Shown here one piece after another: positions 1 to 11,690 of a stretch of 64,000 nucleotides of DNA. A program made the translations under genes and the position numbers. The DNA comes from Haplodiscus bocki. Lineage: Eukaryota. The DNA lies in assembly GCA_965655095.1 (NCBI GenBank), contig OZ296648.1, forward strand, positions 118,730,001-118,794,000, in the 5' to 3' direction. Every line of letters starts with the position of its first letter. Positions within the stretch are counted from its first letter, which is position 1. A model generated the notes under the pieces. That model searched no databases and was not told where the DNA came from. It worked only from the letters and a program-made list of their open reading frames with translations.

Positions 1-675
1 ATGCAGACAAAGTGGCTAAATAGAACAATGGTGTTAAATACCTTCTTGTCACTCTTGATGTATTATCACGAAAACTCAGCCAATGCGAACTAAGGGTGCG
101 GACGAAACTGCTAAAACTTTTGGTCGCTTGATCACCAAAACTAAGCCATTGAAAGTATGGTCTGATGAAGGAAGCGAGTTCAAAGCTTTCAGAAAGTTCT
201 ATGAAAGCGAAGGCATTGGCATCTACACCACAAACAGTAAAGCGAAATCGGCATTTGCAGAGCGCAATTTTCGATGTGTCATAACATCATCTACAAACCT
301 TTGGAGCATAAATGGTCTTATCGCTACATAAACGAATTGCAGTCTTCCGTTAGCACAATCAATTCTCGAATCAATCGCGTAACATCATTGGCACCGAACA
401 AGGTCTCGGCGGAGCATGTAACAATCTTGGTTTCACGAACAGCTCAACAGTCGAGTAAACTGGTCAGAAAACCAAACTTGAAACCAGGAGACGTAGTTCC
501 AATAGCGAAGGATGATATAACGTTCAAAAAACGGTTCAAACAACATTTCACTGACGAAGCCTTCCAGATTACCAAACTTGCAACCTTCAACCGACCAACT
601 TGTATGCTGGTTCATTCTAAAAGAGAAAACATTCAGGGGATGTCTTACGAGCCAGAGTTGACAGAAACTCGGTAG
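1..675 (+). pseudogene. Retroviral-like (rve, c-integrase) DDE integrase of Maverick 1
   Basis: Fragments NNGVKYLLVTLDVLSRK, KVWSDEGSEFK, KSAFAERN, YINELQSSVSTINSR and LKPGDVVPIAKDDITFKKRFKQHFTDEAFQI match the Polinton integrase core and C-terminus; frameshifted. Confidence 0.92.
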
Positions 676-677
676 AA

Positions 678-1535
678 ATGGATTAGTTTGACATATATTT
701 AGAGTCAACCGGTTCAATGCGAAATTGTCGACAAAACTAAATGGCATGCTTTCGCAACGTGCTCGCAGAACCTTTACAACTAGGCGGAGATTATAGAGTG
801 GCTTTGGCAGAAATAATTTTCCTTACAAGTGTCAAGAATGTTACCACCAGAGTACTTCGTATAGTTACCGAAAACTCCTTTCCATAATTCACCATCAACT
901 GGCAATACAAGCTCAGGAGGCGTAATGTTGAAACGTGAAGATTGATCAAACAATGCAACTTTTCCTGATGGTGACTACAAAACTGTCAAGGCTGTTGTCA
1001 CGCGCTTACATGTTGCGGTTGCTAAGAGCACGAGGCCCATTGTTACTTCTGGCACTGAAGAAAACTGTGTGGATTTCAACTTTGCAGATGATTATGGAAT
1101 AAGTCTTGGTGACAGAAGTCCGTTCGGTGTATTAGGGTTCAAGGGAGTGCCGGAGCCCAACCGAGGTGGGCGTTTCATTGGTAACACTGACAAAGTGAAG
1201 AAGCAAACACAACCAATGAAGGGCGATTATCCGGCAGATATTACAGCAGGAACCAGCATTTTCTTCGTTAACTGTAATATCATCGAATGCCAGCAAATAG
1301 CTGGATTTAAAGCACCTGTTCTCCGTCTCCTTGATACAGAAAAACGCCTAACAAACCGTAACCTACAAATCAAGTCTGCAACGAAACATAAGTCGTTTCT
1401 AGAAATGCAGTTTTGAAAAGCTATTTTTGGACACAATCAGGGAGATATTTATTCAATTAGTTGGTGTCTGGAGACTACTTCCCATTTGTTGGAACCGGTC
1501 GTGTTGCTATAACATTGAAATTCCGCAAGCTCTAA
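678..1535 (+). pseudogene. Minor capsid protein (penton) of Maverick 1
   Basis: N-terminal MD*FDIYLESTGS...FRNVLAEPLQLGGDYRVALAEIIF and C-terminal YPADITAGTSIFFVNCNIIECQQIAGFKAPVLRLL...LPFVGTGRVAITLKFRK are typical of Polinton pentons; position is directly after the integrase. Confidence 0.85.
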
Positions 1536-1537
1536 AA

Positions 1538-1911
1538 ATGCAGTATTACTATTCCCGGCAAGCTGTCTCGCCTGAATTTTCGGGCCACACGAGAGAGGAA
1601 GCGGTTTAGGATCCTTAGCCGCCGTAGTTGGACTTTTAGCGTTACCTTTTGCAAAAAAAGTTCTATCAGCTGTCAAATCAATAAGGAAGGAATACTTTGT
1701 TCAAAGTTTGCCAGAATTGATGGATGTTGCCACCAAAAAAAGTCTCCCAAACAAACAGCAAAAATCAGCTGTCAAAAGAACAGTGAAAAAGCAAATCGGA
1801 GGAGGTGCAGTTGTCAAAAAGAGTACACATGTAAAAGGAAACCGTCGACGAAAAAAGAAGCTACAGAGAAATCGGTCAAATTTCTTTTCACGATTAAAAA
1901 ATATTACATAA
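1538..1911 (+). pseudogene. Small basic Maverick protein (putative core/virion protein)
   Basis: Starts MQYYYSRQ, then (frameshift) RGSGLGSLAAVVG..LPFAKKVL and a K/R-rich tail with QIGGG; located between penton and major capsid as in other Polintons. Confidence 0.65.
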
Positions 1912-3192
1912 TATTTTACCTGTTGAAGCATCACACGTATCATTTGATATTTTTGAGCGTCCCCATCTTTTGATTACCTTCAATACATCATTGGAGCAGA
2001 AAATTGGTCCAGTAAATGATCCAAATAGACCAACAATGAAGTTCCAAGTGGTGGAGATCGAACCAATTTCATCGATCTACAGAACATCTATCTCGAATTG
2101 AAATGTGGGATTCTTTGACCTAATGGTTACATACGATGCAAATAATGCTGCGGCAATTGATTCACCATTCTTTGTTAATAATTCTCTATATTCTCTTGAC
2201 TGTGAGTGTAGTATTACTGCGAATGGCATCAAAGTCTCTGCTAATAGCTATTACGCTCGAAAGGCTTTCATTGAAAAAGAATTTTCACACAACGAAGAAC
2301 CGAAAGATACTTGGTTGAATTGTCGGATTTTGCTATGAAGAGCAGCATGCTGACTTTACTAAAAACATTTTTCACTACAAGGACAGCTGAAACGTGGTGT
2401 CCGCAGAGGTCTCTTCCAGTGGAAGAATTGCGTCGGACTTTTTCTGATGTGACAAACACCTGATAAGTTGAGTTCCACTGAGAATTTCGTTCCCCAGAGA
2501 TCGACTTGACTATGCAATAATTGTTACGATGATGAAAAAAATTAAAATCGAGATTATACCAGTCAGTTTGTACGTTCGAAAAATGTCAGTAGGTGACAAC
2601 GTTTACTCAGCTATTGAGACTATAGTAACTAAAACATCTCCTCTTTACCGTTATATTGAGATCATACTCAAAACGATTCTCAATTGCACAGGGGTGCTGA
2701 GTTGAGGTCACGAAGATGTATTCACCAGGGAGTCCATTCCATGGTTTGCAATAGCTATGACAACAAACAAGGCCTTTCTGGGAGCCAAACGCGGATATCT
2801 TTTCCTTTTCGAGAATCTCAATCTGAACAGCCTTGCAATTTATCGTATTTGTTATCCTGTTGCCTGAACTCCACTCCAAGCAAAGAGTGATAAGAAACTC
2901 TACCTTGATTCACTCGAAGCTCTAGGTTTCGGAAAGATGGTCATGGAGTTCCTTATAGCGACTATGCTGATCACTGTATTTCAGTTTTCGACCTAACTAG
3001 CACACAACAAGCATCCCATGATTATCTTTACCCACAACTTACAAATAGTTCCCTTTCTATTAGCTTAAAGCTTTCAGGACAACTAACAAACAGTGTAGAA
3101 GTAAGTGAACGGTCTTCTACTATTTACATTGACTCTTGTCGAAGTTTTCCAGGAATATCTTCTTGAACACAAAGCTTGAAACCAAGCGTTGA
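1905..3192 (+). pseudogene. Major capsid protein (double jelly-roll, hexon-like) of Maverick 1
   Basis: ASHVSFDIF...FQVVGDRTNFIDLQNIYLEL, FVNNSLYSL..ECSITANG, YARKAFIEKEFSH, SLYVRKM, VFDLTSTQQASHDYLYP, ERSSTIYID motifs across frames. Confidence 0.88.
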
Positions 3193-3690
3193 TGGATAGT
3201 ACCACAATTTTACAACAGATTACGAGTTATAGCTACTTGAGACATAGATTCGTGGGGGTATTCTCTGCAGATACATTTCCTATACCGCAACGAGAACACT
3301 TTCATTTTTGTGAACTCCGAAATTTCTGATGAGGAAAGAAAGCATTGGCTCTTAACATGTAACAAAGGCGGAATCTACCTTTTCGTTGACCCGTTGGGCT
3401 TACGTCTGAATGCGTTAACCAACAAGCGCCTAACCTATGCAGATTTCAGTTGTGAAGAACTAATTCAAAAACCTCTCCAACCGTCTTCATCGAACTTATG
3501 TGGACTTTATTGTACATACATTGCTCATTATGTTTTCAGTGGTTACTACCCTGTAATGCCGCTAATCGATGATGAACGCTATTCAAGATTTATAAAAATT
3601 TTAAAGTTTATTTTTATGTTCGCTCCCGTTGAATTTACGAAGTTTTCAATATCTTTTTTTTTCAATAGTTTTCAATATCTTTGCTTTTGA
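3192..3690 (+). pseudogene. Adenain-like cysteine protease of Maverick 1
   Basis: FVGVFSAD, VNS...KHW...LFVDPLG...LQPSSSNLCGLYC: His/Asp/Gln/Cys arrangement of Polinton/adenovirus-type proteases; one frameshift near 3300. Confidence 0.9.
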
Positions 3691-4850
3691 ATACAGGATG
3701 AATCCAAATGAAAAGCTAGAAATTCATTGCTTATAGTACCAAAGCCAGAAATGAAAATATCAACAATTCTATAAAGTAAGGCTGCATGTTGACCATCAAG
3801 TATCAGGTTCAGTCTACTGAGAAAAACTGGAGACAAGTCCAAGTCGCTGGTTTGCGGTGATCTTTCATTTCTGTTTCCCACTACGGGGACTCGATTGTTT
3901 ATTCGTTTTGTGTTTTTGAAAAACGGGATCCTGTTGTCTGGATTCCTGTTTTATGTTACAGGTCGATCAAGTTTTTCAATCGTATCACCGTTCAACTTTG
4001 AATACCTGAAAGTGTGTATCAGAGACGAAAAAGTTGAGTATAAACTTGGCACAGTGTACCTTCTTCAGAGAAGATGGTAATTTTTTTGCTCAATGTCAGA
4101 GTATTCGCTTTCTTCAGAGTGTCAACCAAAAGCATAAAAGATGTCGTTTTTAAAATCTTCCTTCACACGTCGTTCTTCAAGAGGAATCTGATAACGAAAG
4201 TTTTTCAAAAATTTAATGAAGAAATCGTGCGTTTGTCTGTACATAGCCCCAACCCTTTTCGGAAATTGAAAAAAACTTAATTCACAATTGGTAACATTCA
4301 CGAACGATCTTACGGTATCAGAAAGAAAATGCTCTTGGCATGAAAGAATGAATTGATCAAAGAAGATGTATGTTCACAGGCAAATTGAAATTTTATAGAG
4401 TTACTGCCAGAAGGACAATCTGGAAATTTTTGAGAATTGTTTGTTAGATGGCTTCTCTCGCTTGATAGTTGGCATTACATCCTCCTCTTTGGGTGCTGGT
4501 TTCGTTCTAATATTCTCTTTATTAATACTAATAGTGAACTGATGGAACTCAGAATCAGCGAGTGAGTCGTTGATCCAGATATTACTCATCGTCAACTTTT
4601 TTTTTTGAAAAGTTCCAGAAAGAAGTAGTTCCCCGTGTTGAGATAAATTTTGGCTGTAACTCGTATTAGACGCCTCTTATTTCTCGAAATATCGATATAG
4701 CTATACCCGAAGTCTTTGTCAGTAGTGGCAGAGAATGGACGAATCCATTTTTGAGCAGTTAGGCGAATTGGAGCGGGAAACTGTTTTCTAAGAAACGTAA
4801 GAAGTTGAATTACAAGCTGTTGAAATGGAACCACACAGGGAATGCTTTAT
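3672..4850 (-). pseudogene. Decayed antisense orphan ORF(s) of Maverick 1
   Basis: Protein-like fragments on the minus strand (ORFs 4592-4834, 4401-4595, 3672-3881) convergent with the protease gene; no family recognised. Confidence 0.4.
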
Positions 4851-5418
4851 GTATAAAGGTCAAACTTTATTGTTAGAAAGGAACATTTTTCTACCAGCAG
4901 TGATAATAATTGACCAACAAAATTGAGAAAAAAAATAGGTCAAATTACTGTGAAAATAGCAACGTGCAGGGACTTGTTTTACTACTAGTAAACAGTTTTC
5001 TTCTGTCGCCCACACAAAAACGATGATTGTGAATAATTGAGATGATCAGGACCATAATTCGTTTCACGACTGATAGACATATTTATAACCACTTAAAATT
5101 GGGTGTCTAGACAATACATGTAAACAAAGTGTCTAATGTCTAGAGATTACATGTAAAGTAAACAAAAACTAATTCCAATTTGTCACCTTTCTAACTCCCT
5201 TTTCGGTAACTGGTTGAATATCAACGAATCGTCAAATTGACAACTGGGTGTCTGTATATTTTTCTTTTTATAGGGATTTTACGTTTTCGATACTACAAGG
5301 AATCTAACTTCAGACGTTCAAATTGCTTACATTTATTATCAATAGAAGGAAACTAGGGATTCAAACCTTCACCAGCTGTTTTGTTCCTATCATTATGCAT
5401 TTTACGAAACTTGAGTTA

Positions 5419-5956
5419 ATGAGTCGGAAAAACTTGATTGTCAGAGAAGAGAAATCAGATCACGAGTGGGGCGTCAAAAATTCCATATCCGTACCTGGAG
5501 ACATTTTGTCTGTTGAACAACAAGAGCGTGGCACCTAACCTTGTCAGCAATTTGGGAACTGTGAGCTTTGTAGATAAAAATTTTCATGTACGTACAAATG
5601 TTAACCATTTCGAATTACCTGCTAGTGTTCGCGGAGTCTTATTCCGTTTCGATTGTGAAGACATACCCCTATCTGAGAAGCAGTTGGGTTAGTTGTCGGA
5701 CTTAGAAACGCTAGAGTGGCTTTGGGAGATAGTTGGCAACCCGCAATTTCCACGTGTGGAAGAAGTATTGCCACCGTGTCCATTTTCAACACGTAATCAA
5801 GATATTAATGACAGCACAGAATTTAATCAGCTTGAAACTCTTGTGAAGTCAAGGCCCTACTCTCCCGAATATCCTCCAGCGCCAAAAATTAAGAAATTGG
5901 AATACCATCCAACGTTTACACCAGAAGGAAAGATAGCAGATCCTTCCGAACTTTGA
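5419..5956 (+). pseudogene. Decayed hypothetical Maverick ORF upstream of PolB
   Basis: Same-frame ORFs 5438-5692 and 5693-5956 separated by one stop; protein-like composition; no family recognised. Confidence 0.45.
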
Positions 5957-8317
5957 AATATATTTTGTTTGATGAAAACATTCATGATTGTCTTCTACAT
6001 TTTCTGATATTCCACAGAAATTTTTTATATATATATTTTTTAATTCCCCAGCGTGACTATTTTCCAATTTGAGGATTAATAGTGTAAAAGCAGTCAGTCT
6101 TAGTCCTCCGCTAAAACAAAAAAATGCAAGCACTCAGGCGTAATTTACAATAAGCGGATGGCAGTTAAATCAGCATAAACACTTCAAATAAATCGTTCGT
6201 ATGAAGCTGGTCATAGAAGAGTAGCAAAAGTGGCCATCAAAAAACAAAAACCATCAGTAAATGTTGTCGTTCGAACAAATAAGAACGAGAGGTATTTGTT
6301 TTGCCATCAAGATGAAAGACGCTATCATAAACATTCAGAACTTCTTCAATAGTTACGCATTTGATGACATGACCTACTACCCTCTAGCGTAAGTCAACAA
6401 AACGGACGATTGTAAACAAAAGGGGAAACAAAAGGTTTTTCAATTTCAGTTCAGTAAGCTCAGCAGCGCAAAAAAAAATGATAAACTGTGATATTGGCAG
6501 CAGAACTTCTAACAAGCGAAACTTATTTCGGCATCTCCGCAATTTTCATTACATTCAAAGGTCGAAGTCAGAGCAGAGAAATTACATGGAATGTCTTTTC
6601 AAAAGTTCCCCTTTCACAGTGGTGAAAAAACACGTTGAAGAAATCATAATACATGAAGCGGATACTGCATTTTTTGCAAGAGTCTCTTCTGTGATACAAA
6701 AACTTTCAATAAACACTTTCAAGAATTTACTTCGTTGTCTCCAGTTACACGAAGCCAAATTTCGTAACGCAAACTACCTCAAGCTTCTGCTTTCGGTGGT
6801 ACAGTGCAGACCTACTTCTTGGAAGCGGACGACGATTAAGATTTCCTACAGTTCATGGTAAACCGGAAGCAATTTTTTTGAGATTGTAGAGGAAGCAGTT
6901 CAAGCAGAACCGAAAAAAGTGCAGCTATCAGCGAAAGTCAAATTGGAAGAACCCGCCTTTGAAGATGAAGACACCACTGATCTCACGATTCACGTGATTC
7001 TCATAATGGAAACAGTCTACTTGGGTGAGACTCACAGAGGAAGCTTTTTTCACTATGTTGGTCAATTATTATCGAGTCTGTTCAGTTTTACTTCCCATGT
7101 AAGTTGGTGCGTGCTGAAAGAGATCAATGGTCTTTACGTAAAACTCGTTTCCCACATGCCAATGCGAGGGTCATCCTACCTTGCACTGCCAAGTGACTTT
7201 CAATGTTTGAATCGCCTGTTCAACGTAAGGAATCGGGATGATAACAATTGCTTCCTTTATTGTTACGTGGTAGCGTGGCAATTAGTTTATGCTCAGAGTC
7301 TGAATGAAAATGTGGGTCGGCGAATGAGAACAAACCCAGAAACGTATTCTCCTTCTAATGGATTGTCACATGAACCAGTTGGTGATTTCGAAATGCAGAT
7401 GGCTTTCAACCAAATTCCAAGGTTTGAAAGCCTGAACAATTTTCGAGTACCATATTGCGTTGTCAAAGGAAAGATCTCATTCCACTGCGATTATCGAAAC
7501 GACAGGAATTACCATTCATCTTAGACCTTCTTCTTCTTAGCGATGGTCAAGCGTACCATTATGTTTTGATCAAAAATTTTATTCAGCGATTTGAACCAAC
7601 AAGTTCCACGATCCAGTATCAAAAAATGCCTTGATTGCTTTCATATTTGCTACAAAGCTGAAATTTACGAACGGCATGTTCAGACTTGCATGCTAAACGA
7701 AGCAGCCACTATAAAACTACCAGACGAAACGAAAAACGACCTACAATTTCAAAATAACCAGTCCAGGTAGTTCGCACCTTTTGTTATGTATTTTGACTTC
7801 GGGTTGCTTATCAAACCTGTAGGAACATGTTCCAACACTTCTGATAAATTCAAACAAGTTTATAGAGAGACAATAACCTTGTGGAATATGCTTCGTTGTT
7901 ATCGAGCACAACAATCCTGAACCTGTCTTTTTCAAAATGGAAAGATTTTGTATTTATATGCAAAGTTCTGTTGAAAACTTGCGAAAGCATTTATGAAATG
8001 AAGCGGCTACATCGAAAGTACAAAGGATGACCTCAGTTTCGTTCCGATCAGTGCTAGTTTTGTGAAAAAGAGAATTAGCTGAAGGCGACAGAGTTTTTGA
8101 TCACTGTCATGCCGGCGGAAAGTTCTTGGTTTTCGGACACAGTGAATGCAACCTTAAATGGGGCACAGTAAACTACATTCCGATATTCGCTCTTAATCTT
8201 TCGAATTATGATTTAAATTTTATTTGCAAAAATCAACACCTTTCCCAGAAAAAAGTAAAATACAAGTTATTCATAGAATCGATGAAAAATACTTTTGGCC
8301 TTCGATTGGTATTAAAG

Positions 8318-8763
8318 TTGTGTCTTATACCGACAGTGGAGGCGTTGGAAAACATGTCTCTGAATATTTGTTTCGTCGGTTTTTATAGATTTATGGTTTC
8401 ATCTCTGGACAAACTGGTGATTTAGTTACTTGCAGAGAACTTCAGTTGATTGGATAACCACTTTCCTCAACATTGTTCTGAAGACTTGCATCAAAAGGGA
8501 TTTTATCCCTACTATTCTTTCGATTCGCAAGAGAAATTCATTGTGCCTTATACCGACAGTGGAGGCGTTGAAAAACATGTCTCTGATTATTTGTTTTTTC
8601 GGTTTTTATAGATATATGCTTTCATCTCTGGACAAACTGGTGATTTAGTTACTTGCAGAGAACTTCAGTTGATTGGATAACCACTTTCCTCAACATTGTT
8701 CCGAAGACTTGCATCAAAAGGGATTTTATCCCTACTATTCTTTCGATTCGCAAGAGAAATTCA
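8318..8763 (+). repeat. Tandem duplication, 2 x 223 bp, inside PolB
   Basis: 8318-8540 and 8541-8763 are colinear with about 8 mismatches; paired ORFs both end SSLDKLVI*. Confidence 0.95.
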
Positions 8764-9910
8764 AGAAAAATCCTTGCCCAGTGTAAAAAAATGGACGAAC
8801 TCCCTCCAAGATGGTCAGGTGTCATTTAGTCCAGAGTATTTTCAACATGCAACAAAAGTTTCGCAAAAGTTGGGGTGCGAAACTCTCGATGATTACCACG
8901 ATCTTTTCCTAACAACGGACACTTTGCTACTTGCATGTGTGGAGGAGCAATTTCGAAAAGTTGCTTACTCTACTTACGGATTGGATAGTGCTCACTATTA
9001 CACGTGTTCTGATCTTTCGGGCGATGCTTTCCTAAAAGTTAGTGAGGCAAGAGTGGAATTGCTCACAGACCGTAGTCATTTGGAGATGGCTGAGAACTTG
9101 ATCAGACGGGGCGTCTCCTCAGTGTTTTCAAAGCGCTTGGCTACAATGAACAACAAATACCTGGAATGATTTGACGAGACAAAACCAACAACATATGGTC
9201 TCCTCTTGAATGCAAATAACCTTTATGGTGGAAATATTCAAAAATTTCCACTTCCTTTGAGTGAGTTTGAGATCGTGGATGTTGAACTCAGCTCAATTCT
9301 ATTGACTGCGAATGACTCAGGAATTGGCTTCGTGTTAGAAGTCGATTTGGACTATCCTGATGACCTTCACACTAAGCGCGAAGACTTTGCACTGGCTCCA
9401 ACCAAGGATAAAATTGATCGGATTATGCTGTCCAAGTATCAGATGGGCCCATTGGACCAGGCAGGCATTAGATGCTTGTACAGACTTTATTCGCGAAGAA
9501 AAATTACACGTTTCATTACCTTCTACGTGGATCTCGGTCTCAAAGTTAGTAAAGTACATCGAGTCCTTCAATTCAAACAGAAGCGGCTGGAGCCGTACGT
9601 CAACTTGAACACCAGAATGCAAATCGAGTCAAAGAACAAGTTCGAAGAGTCATTTTGTAAGCTGATGGACATTATTTCTGTGGAAAAACTTCCAAAGAAG
9701 CGAAACGGGGTCAACGTGACACTAATGAAAACAAGAGAAGCTGTCCTTGATAACTCCAACAAAGGTTTGATGAAATCAATCAATATATTCGATGAAAGCC
9801 TGGTAGCAATTACAAGAAGTAGAGGACAAATTTACTGGAATACGCCAACACTCGTGGCCGCTTGAATATTCGATCCCGCCAAGTTCCATTTGTATGATTT
9901 CCATTACAAG

Positions 9911-10086
9911 GTAAGCATAACATAACAAAATCGGGACCTCTAAAACGAAGTGACCGGTCTATTTTGCACATATATAGTTTGAATCGAATATCCTTAGGTG
10001 TCCAAACGAAATGACAAAAACGTTCGGAAGCCGACGGTAGGGTTTTCAAAAGGGTCTCATTTGAATAAAAATTCTTTTGTTTTCAG
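9911..10086 (+). other. Spliceosomal GT-AG intron (176 nt, phase 0) in Maverick PolB
   Basis: AAG|GTAAGC donor and TTCTTTTGTTTTCAG|GTA acceptor; removal restores the frame and the conserved KFHLYDFHYK-VMKKTFDCSLLFSDTDS segment. Confidence 0.85.
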
Positions 10087-11129
10087 GTAATGAAGAAGAC
10101 GTTCGACTGCTCGCTTTTGTTTTCAGACACTGATTCGCTATTCTATGAGATCAGAAGACAGAATTGCTATGAGAAAATAGCGAACAACCCCATGTTACAA
10201 AACGATTTCGATTGTCCTAATTTTCCAGTTGCCAACCTTCTTCATTGTGACACGAACAAGATGAACACACTCAAAGATGAGATGGCAGAGAAAGTCTTCC
10301 AAGAATTCGTTGGTATCGAAACCAAGATGTACCCAATAGCTAATGAGAACCAGCAAAAGATGTCGGCAACAGGCGTATCTCGATTCGCTGAAACTTCACT
10401 GAAACTTGATGTATACCAGCGTGTTCTGCTAAGTGGTCACCACATGAGATCTAAAGATTTCGCTCTTCAGAACATCTCCTTCAAACCATTTGAAACAAGA
10501 AAATATCATTGAATGCTTTTGATTACAAGCGTTCCTTAGAGAACGATTGCATTCATTGTCTTCCTTTCGGCCACTTCATAATAAGAGACTGGCAAGTGCG
10601 TAGAGCAATCCTTGAGATGATGACTGTGGAGATAAAGAGCGACAAGAAACCCCAGAAAGTAGTCCAACTGAAAGAAGCAACCATCAAGTTGAAACGCATG
10701 TCTGCCGAGAGATATTCACCCTTCCTGACCCTGGCATGCGTCAATGAGTTTACTCGGAAATTGAACTTGAAGAAGTCATTGACCTCGATGAAGAAACAAC
10801 ATCATTTTCAACTCCTAGACAAAGAAACCCTTTGTTTAACGACGGAGCCGAAATAGATTCCTTTAGGGACTTTGATTCAGACTACGAGGATGTAACAATC
10901 TTTTCTAGTATCTCAAATGACCTTTCACTGCCCAGATCCCCCGCTCTTTTTGATGCTCCCCAGCCCAAGAAAAGAGTTGTGTTAGTTTCAAGTGATATCG
11001 AATAAATATTGATGGTAGAAAAGAATTCGCGCAAAGTACTATGCAAACGTTTCATTCATAAACGTTGAACAAAATCTTGAGGCCTTTTCACGTAGATAAT
11101 ATTTCCCCACCCCCTGGAACTGAGCCTTT

Positions 11130-11690
11130 AAAGAAAGCCTCTGCAAAAGTGATAAAAAAAATAGCCCCTGCCAAAGAGCGCACGAAAAAAGCGCCTGAGA
11201 AGGCGCACGGAAAAAACTCTCGCGAAAAAGCGCCCGGAAAAAGCCCCGCGAAAGAACGCACGGAGAAAGCCCCTCGCAGAAGAGCACACGGAAAACAACC
11301 CCGCGATAAAGCGCACTGAAAAAACGACGGAAAAATCCCCCGCAAAAGAGTGCACAGAAAAAGCCGCCGCGAAAGATCGCACAGAGAAAGCCCCCGCGAA
11401 AGAGCGCATGGAAAAAGACTCTGCAGAAGAGCGCAAGGAAAAAGCCGCTTCGAAAGAGCGCACGTCGAAAGCCCCCGCGAAAGAGCGCTTGGAAAAAGCT
11501 CTGGTGAATTAGCGCACGGAAAAGCCGCTGCGAACGAGAGCACGCTAGAAGCCCTTGCAAAAGAGCGCACGGAAAAAGCCCTCGCGAAAGAGCGCACGGA
11601 AAAAGCTCCCGCGAAAGAGCACACGAAAAATGCACCCGCGAAATAGCGCACCAAAGAAACCCACGCTAAAGAGCGCATAGAAAAAGCTGT
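11130..11690 (+). repeat. 27-bp minisatellite (~20 copies), consensus GCGAAAGAGCGCACGGAAAAAGCCCCC
   Basis: Directly visible periodicity; one frame reads AKERTEKAP repeats; explains the cluster of overlapping ORFs on both strands. Confidence 0.92.

Larger units (their letters stand above)
6478..11005 (+). pseudogene. Protein-primed family B DNA polymerase (pPolB) of Maverick 1, with N-terminal C2H2-like finger, endonuclease-VII-like insert and acidic tail
   Basis: RGSSYLALP..NVRNRDDNNCFLYC, YFDF, DHCH...HSECNL, NLSNYD, FMVSSLDKLV, KGFYPY, YGLDSAHYYT, NANNLYG, KFHLYDFHYK|VMKK..FSDTDSL, CLPFGH motifs in order; many frameshifts. Confidence 0.95.
1..11690 (+). mobile_element. Maverick/Polinton element 1 (decayed, left part outside window; right end not located and may extend past 13.3 kb)
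   Basis: Co-linear relics of integrase, penton, major capsid, adenain protease and protein-primed PolB, all riddled with stops and frameshifts; followed by a tandem array. Confidence 0.95.

Noticed and set aside
6389-6449. GTAAGT...TTTCAG 61-nt candidate intron upstream of PolB
   Set aside because: The GTAAGT overlaps the natural stop (GCG TAA) of a preceding decayed ORF, and no conserved protein is restored by splicing; ambiguous.
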